This document shows positions 6,348 to 14,388 of a stretch of 36,545 nt of DNA, piece after piece. Origin of the DNA: a virus; IMG/VR virus record IMGVR_UViG_3300029861_000010; one strand, written 5' to 3'. The notes under the pieces are model-generated. The model was not told the DNA's origin. It saw nothing but the letters and a program-made list of their open reading frames with translations, and did not search any database. A program made the position numbers and the translations under genes. Numbering within the stretch: position 1 is the stretch's first letter; every line of letters begins with the position of its first letter.

Positions 6348-8458
6348 TCCGGGCGGACATGGAATCTGTCGGGACCTACAACACGATCTTTGAGCCGACT
6401 ATCAAGCAGCTGGCTAAACTGGAGCGGGAACTTTCCAAGGCGGAAAAAAACTGGCGGGCTGCCGGCGGCCAGATGGTAGCAGAGCTGGTGAACAAGACCG
6501 GCGGGAAGTACACAGCCAAGGACCCTAACTACGCTGTGGTGGACCAGCTCCGTAAGGACATCCAGGCGTTACGCAACCAGCTTGGATTGACTCCTACCAG
6601 CCTGAAGCGGGCCCGTCAAAAGGCTGAGGCCATGTCAAGCGGACAGCAGAGCCCTTTGGAGGACCTGTTGGAGACAGCTCACAACTACGCTCTGGATCAC
6701 GCGGCCGCCTATCAGGCCGAGGTGGACGCCTATGTGGATGGTTGCCTCTCTGGTCGGATACGGGTATGCCCGGAGATTGTCCAGGCCTGTGAGCGCTATC
6801 ACCGAGACCTTCAGAATCCAAAATGGGAGTTTCGCCCGGACCCGGCCAATGAGATCATCGCTATCATCGAGACCACAATCTGCCACCAGCAGGGGGAGTT
6901 TTTGGATGCTACACCACTCCGTGGGACACCCTTCCTCCTCATTCCGTATCACAAGTTTATTGTGTACAACGTAATGGGTTTTTACCTGGCCGGCAGCCAG
7001 GAGCGCCGCTTTAAGGAGGCGCTGGACTTTATTCCTCGAAAGAATATCAAGACTACCTTTGCGGCGGCGCTGGCCTGGGCCCTGGCCCTATATGAACGGC
7101 GCTCCGGGTCCAAGGTATACGAGGTGGGCGGGGCCCTAAAGCAGGCCCTGGAGGGATTTGACTTTTTGCGGTATAACCTGCGTCGCCTCAAACTGACGGT
7201 GGACGATGACCCGGTGAACGGTCTGCGGATTATCAACAACAACATGGAGCGGAGCATCACTGGAGACATCGGTGAGGACGGCTTTATCAGCATCCATGCC
7301 TTAGCCGCCAGCCCGGATAAGCAGGACAGCTTTAATTGCAATATTGTCATCGCCGACGAGCTGCATACCTACAAAAGCCCAAAGCAGTATCAGGTCCTGA
7401 AAGATGCAACCAAGGCATATACCAACAAGCTGATCATCGGAATCAGCTCCGGCGGCGACCTGGCTACCGGATTCTGTGCTAAACGTGTGGAATATTGCCG
7501 GAAAATCCTAAATGGGACCGTCTCCGGGCCAGAGGCCGATAGTATTTTTGTTTTCATCGCAGCAGCACCCCGGCAAGAAAATGGGGATGTGGACTATACG
7601 AATCCGGAGGTCCTAGAATGTTGCAACCCGGGTTGGGGGCAGAGTATTCGTCCTCAGGAGATGATCAATGACGCCATGCAGGCCAAAGAGGACCCGCAGA
7701 TGCGGCCGGAATTTTTACAGAAGTCCCTCAATGTGTTTATTGCCAGCCTGCGGGCTTGGTTCAACATAGAAGAGTTTCGCGCCAGCGACAGCAAGTACAA
7801 CTGGAGCTTGGCTGAGTTGTCCAGGCTCCCGGTGAAATGGTACGGCGGCTCTGATCTTTCCAAACTCCACGACTTGACAGCGGCAGCACTGTTCGGCCAC
7901 TACAACGGGGTAGACATTATCATCCCACATTGCTGGTTCCCTTTGGCGGCTGCAATGGTCAAGGCTCACGAGGACCAAATCCCCCTGTTTGGCTGGAAGG
8001 ATGATGGCTGGCTGGATATGCCCAATGACAAAGTGACCAACCACAGCGACGTGGTCAAGTGGTATAAGGACCTGCGGGACCAGGGCTTTAAGATCCGACG
8101 GGTAGGCCACGACCGCAAATTCTGTCGAGAATATTTTGTGGAGATGAAACAGGCCCACTTCCGGATCAAGGATCAACCCCAGCTGTTTACTCGAAAGAAC
8201 GAGGGTTTCCGATACCTTGAGGCCAGCGCTAAGCGCGGAACTCTGTATTATCTCCACGCAGAACCCCTCGAGTATTGCGTGCAAAACGTGCGGGGAATCG
8301 AAAAAGCGGATGACATGGTCATGTATGATAAGCTCCAGCCCAATTTACGCATTGACATCTTCGACGCAGCAGTATTTGCCTGCTGTGCCTACTTGGAGGA
8401 CCTGGAGCAGGTCCGGAAAGAAAATAACTGGTTTGGGGAGGGACCCAAGGATGAGTAA
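6329..8458 (+). CDS. Terminase: P27-like small-subunit segment fused in frame to a Terminase_1-type large subunit (709 aa)
   Basis: The N-terminal ~105 aa (...LRNQLGLTPTSLKRARQKAE...PLEDLL) look like the C-terminal two-thirds of a P27-family TerS. The remainder (RIRVCPEIVQACERYHRDL, FIPRKNIKTT, IVIADELH) is TerL-like. There is no stop codon between the two parts. Confidence 0.85.
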   Translation: MGREAMIRADMESVGTYNTIFEPTIKQLAKLERELSKAEKNWRAAGGQMVAELVNKTGGKYTAKDPNYAVVDQLRKDIQALRNQLGLTPTSLKRARQKAEAMSSGQQSPLEDLLETAHNYALDHAAAYQAEVDAYVDGCLSGRIRVCPEIVQACERYHRDLQNPKWEFRPDPANEIIAIIETTICHQQGEFLDATPLRGTPFLLIPYHKFIVYNVMGFYLAGSQERRFKEALDFIPRKNIKTTFAAALAWALALYERRSGSKVYEVGGALKQALEGFDFLRYNLRRLKLTVDDDPVNGLRIINNNMERSITGDIGEDGFISIHALAASPDKQDSFNCNIVIADELHTYKSPKQYQVLKDATKAYTNKLIIGISSGGDLATGFCAKRVEYCRKILNGTVSGPEADSIFVFIAAAPRQENGDVDYTNPEVLECCNPGWGQSIRPQEMINDAMQAKEDPQMRPEFLQKSLNVFIASLRAWFNIEEFRASDSKYNWSLAELSRLPVKWYGGSDLSKLHDLTAAALFGHYNGVDIIIPHCWFPLAAAMVKAHEDQIPLFGWKDDGWLDMPNDKVTNHSDVVKWYKDLRDQGFKIRRVGHDRKFCREYFVEMKQAHFRIKDQPQLFTRKNEGFRYLEASAKRGTLYYLHAEPLEYCVQNVRGIEKADDMVMYDKLQPNLRIDIFDAAVFACCAYLEDLEQVRKENNWFGEGPKDE

Positions 8459-9656
8459 GCGAAAGAACCCGGCTCACGGAGCCCGAGACAAGCCCGCCCA
8501 GCGGCGGAGCAGTGTGGGCTTTGTAATGTCCGGAGCCTGGGACAGCCTGTGCAGTGAGGGGTACACCCGGCTGTCTGAAAACCCCGAGGTGCTGATGGCG
8601 GTGAGCCGGATCGCGGATTTGATCAGCTCCATGTCTATCCGGTTGATGGCCAATACGGCCTCCGGGGATGTTCGGCTTTATAACGCCCTATCTCGTAAAT
8701 TGGACATTACCCCAAACCGGTGGATGACCCGAAAGACCCTGATGGCGGCGGTCGTCCGGGTCCTCCTGCTGGAGGGCAACGGGAACGCAGTGGTCTGGCC
8801 AAGGACGGAGGGCGGAAATCTGGAGGAGTTGATCCCCATCCCGCCCAGCCGGGTGTCATTCCAGCCGGACGGCTTTGGTTATCATATCCAGTTGGGCGGC
8901 ATCCCCTATGACCCGAACAACCTGCTCCATTTTGCCATTAACCCGTCCCCGGAATACCCCTGGATGGGAACTGGCTTTCGGGTCGCGCTGCGCTCGGTAG
9001 TTAAAAATCTTCAGCAGGCCAGCAGCACCAAAAACGCATTTTTGTCCAGCGAGTGGAAGCCCAGCGTCATCGTCAAAGTGGACGGTAACTCCGACGAGCT
9101 GATCACGGAGACCGGCCGGAAGCGCCTGGCTGAGCAGTACCTAAAGCCCTTTGCTCCCGGGGCCCCCTGGATGATCCCGGCGGAGCAGATGGATATTTTC
9201 CAGGTGAAACCCCTGTCACTCAACGACCTGGCCATCTCTGACAGCGTCAAGATCGACAAACAGACGGCGGCGGCCATCCTGGGCGTCCCTCCTTATGTCG
9301 TGGGCCTTGGGACCTTCAATCAGACAGAATGGAACCATTTTATTTCCACAAAAATTATGACTATCGTCCGGGCAATCGAACAGGAGATGACACGCAAACT
9401 CCTGATCTCCCCAGACTGGTACGTCAGTATGAATCCATGGGCCCTGTATGCCTACGACCTCAAAGACCTATCCGAAATTGGGTCCAATCTCTACATCCGG
9501 GGCATGATGACGGGCAACGAGGTCCGAGGCTGGCTCCACCTGGCGCCCAAGGAGGGCCTGGATGAACTGGTGATCCTGGAGAACTTTATCCCCCAGGGTA
9601 TGATCGGAGACCAGAAAAAGCTGCTGCAAACGGGAGGTGAAAACAGTGGAACTTAA
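8451..9656 (+). CDS. Portal protein, HK97 family
   Basis: Phage_portal-like sequence (LSENPEVLMAVSRIADLISS..., AAILGVPPYVVG). The ATG at 8451 overlaps the terminase stop. Confidence 0.9.
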   Translation: MSKRKNPAHGARDKPAQRRSSVGFVMSGAWDSLCSEGYTRLSENPEVLMAVSRIADLISSMSIRLMANTASGDVRLYNALSRKLDITPNRWMTRKTLMAAVVRVLLLEGNGNAVVWPRTEGGNLEELIPIPPSRVSFQPDGFGYHIQLGGIPYDPNNLLHFAINPSPEYPWMGTGFRVALRSVVKNLQQASSTKNAFLSSEWKPSVIVKVDGNSDELITETGRKRLAEQYLKPFAPGAPWMIPAEQMDIFQVKPLSLNDLAISDSVKIDKQTAAAILGVPPYVVGLGTFNQTEWNHFISTKIMTIVRAIEQEMTRKLLISPDWYVSMNPWALYAYDLKDLSEIGSNLYIRGMMTGNEVRGWLHLAPKEGLDELVILENFIPQGMIGDQKKLLQTGGENSGT

Positions 9657-10221
9657 TCGGCGCACCATGATCCCACTTCAGAGTGAATTTACCGCTCGGG
9701 AGGCGGAGGACGAACTTTACATCGAGGGCTATTTTTCCGTGTTTGGATCCCCCTATCACATCATGGCCGGGGTAGACGAGCAGATCGCTCCTGGGGCCTT
9801 CACTGACACCTTGGGAGAAGACATCCGGGCTCTGACCAACCACGACACCACCCTGGTGCTGGGCCGGAACAAGGCTGGCACTCTGACCCTCTGGGAAGAT
9901 TCCCACGGCCTTTGGGGCAGCATCCGCATCAACCGGGAGGACCAGGATGCCTTAAACCTGTACTGGCGGGTACAGCGGGGAGATGTGGATCAGTGCTCCT
10001 TTGGATTCTACATTCTGGATGAGGAGCGGATTGTCAATGCGGACGGCAGCGTACTGTACCTAATCAAAAAGGTCCGGTTACTTGAGGTGTCGGTGGTCAC
10101 ATTCCCTGCTTATGAGGCGACCGCCGTCTCTGCTCGGGAAGCCCAGGAAGCAGATATTCGCCGGAGGACGTTGGAGGAAAAACGAGAGGCCCTGCGGGCC
10201 AAGCTGAAAGGAGCATCATAA
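9637..10221 (+). CDS. Prohead maturation protease, HK97 family
   Basis: YIEGYFSVFGSPY...IAPGAF...LTNHDTTLVLG...LWEDSHGLW is an S78-type pattern. The true start may be GTG 9646, 9 nt after GGAGG. Confidence 0.9.
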   Translation: MKTVELNRRTMIPLQSEFTAREAEDELYIEGYFSVFGSPYHIMAGVDEQIAPGAFTDTLGEDIRALTNHDTTLVLGRNKAGTLTLWEDSHGLWGSIRINREDQDALNLYWRVQRGDVDQCSFGFYILDEERIVNADGSVLYLIKKVRLLEVSVVTFPAYEATAVSAREAQEADIRRRTLEEKREALRAKLKGAS

Positions 10222-11907
10222 ATGGCACTCAAAGCACTTTTGCTGAAACGGAAAATTGAGGAAATGAATGGCCGCATGGCAGCCCTGTCCCAGCACACAG
10301 GCGAGCTGACCCAGCGGGAGGCCGAGTTAGAGCAGGCTATGGACGAGGCCAGGACCGAGGAAGACCTGCGGAGCGTGGAGCAGTTGGTGGAGGAGTTCAC
10401 CGCAGAGCAGCGGACCCATCAGGAGGCTATTATCGCCCTCCAGCGTGAGATCGACGCCGCCCAGGAGGAGCTGCGGACCCTGGAGGCCCAGCAGCCAAAG
10501 GACAATGCCTCTACGGACACCACCCCCGCCTCCAGCGGGGAAAGAAAGGATGAGAATATGACGAACCGCCAGACCCGCGCCTTTGGCGCCATGACCATGG
10601 AGCAGCGCTCCGCCTTTATCCAGCGGGAGGAAGTTCAAGAGTTTTTGACACGCTTCCGCGCCACCTTTGCCAACGCCCCCAAGGGCCAGCAGCGGGCCGT
10701 CACCGGCGGAGATCTGCTGATTCCCACGGTGGTGCTGGACCTGGTCCGGCAGAATATTGAAGACTACTCCAAGCTGATCCGCCGGGTATGCTTCATTTCT
10801 GTGACAGGGGCTGCCCGTCAGCCCATCATGGGCACGATCCCTGAGGCAGTGTGGACCGAGGCCTGTGCCGCGCTCAATGAGCTGAATTTTGCCGTCAACC
10901 AGACCGAGGTGGATGGCTACAAGGTAGGCGGCTATGTGGCCATCTGCAATGCCCTCCTGGAGGACACGGACTATGCCCTGCTTAGCGAGGTCATCATCGG
11001 CATCGGGGCTGCCATCGGAATCGCCCTGGACAAGGCCATCCTGTTCGGCACAGGCATCAAAATGCCTGTTGGGATCGCCACCCGTCTGGCCCAGGCGTCT
11101 GCTCCCAGCGACTACCCCGCAAACGCCCGACCCTGGATCAACCTGTCCCAGTCCAACGTGATCACCATTCCCACCGGATCTGCCACCGGCCTGACCCTGT
11201 TCCAGCAGATTATCCAGGCCGCCGGCGCAGCCAAGGGCCGCTATTCCCGGGGGGCCAAGTTCTGGGCGATGAATGAGGAGACCTATACTCGCATCCAGGT
11301 GGAAGCCACCAATGTCAACGCGGCTGGGGCCATTGTTTCGGTGCTGGATGGCACTATGCCGGTGGTGGGCGGCGATGTGGTTGTATTTTCCGATGACGTG
11401 ATGCCGGACAATACAATCATCGGCGGCTACGGTGATCTTTATTTGCTGGCGGAGCGGGCCGGCACCTCTGTCGGGTACAGCGACATCCCCCTGTATATCC
11501 AGGATCAGACTGTGGTCAAGGGCACTGCCCGGTATGATGGTGTGCCTGTGATCGCGGAGGGCTTTGTGGCCATCGGGATCGGCAAGGCCCCTGTTACCTC
11601 GGCAAGCTTTGCTCCTGACACCGCAAACCCCGCTGTGGCCGCCCTGCGGGCGCTGGCCATCGGCGCCCTGCCTCTGACCCCCGCCTTTGACCCTAACGTC
11701 ACCACCTACACCGCCAGGGCTACCAACGACAGTGACGTGATTAGCGCTGTCCCCGCCACTGGGGCCCTGGTTAACGTCCGGGCCAACGGCTCCAAAATCC
11801 AGAACGGTGGGGCAATCACCTGGATGGATGGGGAGAACCCTGTGAGCGTCACCGTGACCAACGGCACCCAGACCAAGCAGTATACTGTCACTGTGACCAA
11901 GTCCTGA
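10222..11907 (+). CDS. Major capsid protein, HK97 fold, with N-terminal coiled-coil (delta-like) region and C-terminal cadherin-like beta-sandwich extension
   Basis: Lies immediately after the protease. It has a coiled-coil N-terminus, a capsid core (GGDLLIPTVV...) and a tail segment LPLTPAFDPNVTTYTARA...YTVTVTKS. Confidence 0.9.
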   Translation: MALKALLLKRKIEEMNGRMAALSQHTGELTQREAELEQAMDEARTEEDLRSVEQLVEEFTAEQRTHQEAIIALQREIDAAQEELRTLEAQQPKDNASTDTTPASSGERKDENMTNRQTRAFGAMTMEQRSAFIQREEVQEFLTRFRATFANAPKGQQRAVTGGDLLIPTVVLDLVRQNIEDYSKLIRRVCFISVTGAARQPIMGTIPEAVWTEACAALNELNFAVNQTEVDGYKVGGYVAICNALLEDTDYALLSEVIIGIGAAIGIALDKAILFGTGIKMPVGIATRLAQASAPSDYPANARPWINLSQSNVITIPTGSATGLTLFQQIIQAAGAAKGRYSRGAKFWAMNEETYTRIQVEATNVNAAGAIVSVLDGTMPVVGGDVVVFSDDVMPDNTIIGGYGDLYLLAERAGTSVGYSDIPLYIQDQTVVKGTARYDGVPVIAEGFVAIGIGKAPVTSASFAPDTANPAVAALRALAIGALPLTPAFDPNVTTYTARATNDSDVISAVPATGALVNVRANGSKIQNGGAITWMDGENPVSVTVTNGTQTKQYTVTVTKS

Positions 11908-11923
11908 GAGGAGGTCGCCCGGA

Positions 11924-12208
11924 ATGGATGATCTGATCCTATTGGAACTGCTCAAGGCGGATCTCCAGCGGACGGGCGTGGAGTTGCCGGGAGATCGTCT
12001 GTATCTCCCGGCACTCCTGAATACGGCCCGGACCAGCCTGGCGCGTCAAGGTATCAAGCCTGATTGCTCCGCAGACTACATCCAGACAGTGGTAGGGACC
12101 GCCGCCTGGATCTACCGGAAGCGAATCACAGGAGAGGCGGAACCGGCCTATCTGCGCCGCCTGCGTCTGGACCTGCTACTGGCCCGGGGCCGGGAGGTGG
12201 GACCATGA
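11924..12208 (+). CDS. Head-tail connector (gp6-like) protein
   Basis: Assigned by position after the capsid gene and by the LLELLKADLQ...LLNTARTSL pattern. Confidence 0.7.
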   Translation: MDDLILLELLKADLQRTGVELPGDRLYLPALLNTARTSLARQGIKPDCSADYIQTVVGTAAWIYRKRITGEAEPAYLRRLRLDLLLARGREVGP

Positions 12209-12564
12209 TCCTGGACTCTGGTGTGCTGTCCGTTTATCGGGTGGATTACCACGAAGGGAAGGGGCCTAAGCAGACAAAACCCACCCTGACGCTCCGGATG
12301 ACTGTCCAGTACGGGGAGCGGGTTGTGGGTATCACCCGTTATTATGAGGCCGCTAAGGTTGGCCGCCAGATTGACCGGACAGTACGGATCTGGCGGCAGC
12401 ATAGTATTACAATCCGGGATGTGTGCCAGCTGGATAGTCAGTGGTATCTCATCCGCAAGGTCACCCCAACCTCCGACGAGGACGGCCTGTTGGTGACTGA
12501 CCTGGATCTAGAACAGTCAGATGACAATGTATGGGAGGGAGCGACTGGTGAAAATCAGAGTTGA
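12205..12564 (+). CDS. Head closure / head-tail adaptor protein
   Basis: ATGA overlap with the previous gene. The TVRIWRQHSITIRDVCQLDSQWYLIRKV pattern is typical of head-tail joining proteins. Confidence 0.7.
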   Translation: MILDSGVLSVYRVDYHEGKGPKQTKPTLTLRMTVQYGERVVGITRYYEAAKVGRQIDRTVRIWRQHSITIRDVCQLDSQWYLIRKVTPTSDEDGLLVTDLDLEQSDDNVWEGATGENQS

Positions 12565-12937
12565 CGAGATCTCTAAAGAGATAACCGGCGCCCTGGAGGA
12601 GTACGGAGAAAAAATCGCACAGGGTGTGGAAAAGGCTGTGGACAATGCAGGAACAGAGGCTCTCAAAGTGGTCCGGGATAAGTCCCCCAAGCGCACAGGA
12701 CGGTACCGTCGTGGATGGCGCAAAACTAAAAGCGGTGGCAATGTCGACCAAAATGTGCACAGTGTGCGTATTTACAACAAGACTGCGTATCAACTTACCC
12801 ACCTCTTGGAGAACGGTCACCAAAAAGCTGCCGGAGGCCGCGTGGAGGGCACTCCTCACATCCGCCCGGCGGCGGAGGATGCCGAACGCCAGCTGGAGCG
12901 GGATGTAACCAGATTGATCCAGAGCACGGGGGTATAG
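12521..12937 (+). CDS. HK97 gp10-family tail-attachment protein
   Basis: SPKRTGRYRRGWR...LLENGH motif. The start may instead be GTG 12548, after GGGAGGGAG. Confidence 0.7.
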   Translation: MTMYGRERLVKIRVDEISKEITGALEEYGEKIAQGVEKAVDNAGTEALKVVRDKSPKRTGRYRRGWRKTKSGGNVDQNVHSVRIYNKTAYQLTHLLENGHQKAAGGRVEGTPHIRPAAEDAERQLERDVTRLIQSTGV

Positions 12938-12940
12938 AAT

Positions 12941-13252
12941 ATGACCTATGATGAGCTATACCAAATCTTGGAGCCCACAGGCATCCCATTTGAGATCCAC
13001 CATTGGGAGCAGCCCCCCGCCCCGCCCTACGGAGTGTATTTTGACGACTACACGGATAATTTCGGCGCAGATGATAGGGTGTACTGCCAGATCACCCATT
13101 TCTGCGTGGAGCTCTACCAGCTCCGCCGTGACCGGGCCCTGGAGCAGAAAATAGAGGATGCTCTGGATGCCGCCGACCTCTTTTGGGACCGGGTAGTCGA
13201 GTATATCGACAGCGAACGCCTATATCAAACCAGATACGAGATCGAGGTGTAA
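12941..13252 (+). CDS. Putative tail completion/terminator protein (position-based)
   Basis: 103-aa ORF between the gp10-like gene and the major tail gene, with RBS GGGGG. Confidence 0.5.
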   Translation: MTYDELYQILEPTGIPFEIHHWEQPPAPPYGVYFDDYTDNFGADDRVYCQITHFCVELYQLRRDRALEQKIEDALDAADLFWDRVVEYIDSERLYQTRYEIEV

Positions 13253-13255
13253 CCA

Positions 13256-13831
13256 ATGACAAAGAACAAGGTAAAATTCGGTTTGAAAAATGTCCACTAT
13301 GCTCTGCTGACCGTGTCCGAGGAGGGGGCGGTCAGCTTCGGCGCTCCGGTGCCCATCCCCGGTGCGGTGAGTATGTCTCTATCCCCCCAGGGCGAGACCG
13401 AGACGTTTTATGCAGATGACATCGCCTACTATGTCTCCACGGCCAACAACGGCTACCAGGGGGATCTGGAGATCGCTCTGCTCCCTGATTCTTTCCGCAC
13501 AGATGTGCTGCGAGAGGTGGAGGACGAGACCGACCACGTCCTGGTGGAGAAATCCACTGCTGAGCCCCAGCCCTTCGCCCTGCTGTATCAGTTCACGGGG
13601 GATCAGCAGGCCAGCCTGCGAGTGCTGTATAACTGCGCCGCCGCCCGGCCCAGTGAGGCCAGCTCCACCATCAAAAATACTAAGACCCCCACCACGGATA
13701 CCCTGTCCCTCACTGCCTCTCCCCTGGCCAACGGAAACATTAAAGCCAAGACCACAGCGGATACTCCGGATGAGATCAAAAAGAACTGGTTTAAGTCGGT
13801 CTGGCAGCCTGGTGCTGCCGCCGCTATGTGA
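13256..13831 (+). CDS. Major tail (tube) protein, phi13-like
   Basis: The N-terminus VKFGLKNVHYALL...PIPGAVSMSLSPQGETETFYADD matches the major tail protein pattern. Confidence 0.85.
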   Translation: MTKNKVKFGLKNVHYALLTVSEEGAVSFGAPVPIPGAVSMSLSPQGETETFYADDIAYYVSTANNGYQGDLEIALLPDSFRTDVLREVEDETDHVLVEKSTAEPQPFALLYQFTGDQQASLRVLYNCAAARPSEASSTIKNTKTPTTDTLSLTASPLANGNIKAKTTADTPDEIKKNWFKSVWQPGAAAAM

Positions 13832-13843
13832 TCGGGGGCATAC

Positions 13844-14206
13844 ATGGAGACCAGTATTTTGATTGACGGCAAGCCTGTCAAATTTCGGGCGTCCGCCGCT
13901 ATCCCACGACTGTACCGCATCAAGTTCCGTCGGGACATCATCCAAGATATGCAGGCAGTCAAGGAGGCGCTGGACGCCAAAGAACGGCAGGGAGATAATA
14001 TCCCGCCTCAAGCTCTCCAGCTATTTGAGGATATGGCCTATATTATGGCCAAACATGGAGACAAGGACGCCGTTCCCGCCACCCCGGACGAGTGGTTAGA
14101 GGGCTTTGGAGCATTCTCTATTTATAAGATTTTCCCGGTTATTTGGGCTCTGTGGGAGGCCAATACGGAGGCCTTGGACATCGCTAAAAAAAAACTGGGG
14201 CAGTAG
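13844..14206 (+). CDS. Tail assembly chaperone (G-like, short product)
   Basis: Lies between the tube and tape measure genes and ends in an A9 slippery run. Confidence 0.8.
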   Translation: METSILIDGKPVKFRASAAIPRLYRIKFRRDIIQDMQAVKEALDAKERQGDNIPPQALQLFEDMAYIMAKHGDKDAVPATPDEWLEGFGAFSIYKIFPVIWALWEANTEALDIAKKKLGQ

Positions 14207-14379
14207 ACCGGGAGATCACCACGCCGCTCCTCCTCCTCCGGGCGGTACAGCTGGGGATTTCGGTCCGTGACATGGACCTGCTGACTATCGGCATGATCAA
14301 CGAGATGTACGCCGAGGCATCGAACGATACACTGGAGTACCCCACACTGGCCACCCAGGAGGACATGGACCGATTTTAG
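13844..14379 (+). CDS. Tail assembly chaperone, -1 frameshift extended product (GT-like)
   Basis: After a -1 slip in the A-run 14186-14194, the -1 frame reads KKTGAVDREITTPLLLLRAVQLGISVRDMDLLTIGMINEMYAEASNDTLEYPTLATQEDMDRF* to 14379. This fills the otherwise non-coding gap before the tape measure gene. Confidence 0.65.
14186..14194 (+). promoter_or_regulatory. Slippery A9 run for programmed -1 frameshift
   Basis: GCT AAA AAA AAA CTG in the zero frame. The -1 frame has TAA at 14185-14187 and is open from 14188 onward. Confidence 0.6.
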
Positions 14380-14388
14380 GAGGACTCT

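Noticed and set aside
5887-6393. 168-aa ORF in a third frame over the HNH gene and terminase start
   Set aside because: For most of its length it overlaps the recognisable HNH frame and has no start context. It is kept only as part of the open-in-all-frames observation for 6101-6347.
10327-11955. 542-aa ORF on the minus strand opposite the major capsid gene
   Set aside because: It is a shadow ORF of a GC-rich coding region, with a Gly/Pro/Arg/His-rich low-complexity translation and no RBS. The opposite strand encodes an unmistakable HK97-type capsid protein. The same reasoning applies to 14122..14940, 15868..16617, 22530..24044, 30376..31263, 31944..32936, 32940..33722, 34228..35721 and 35673..36542.
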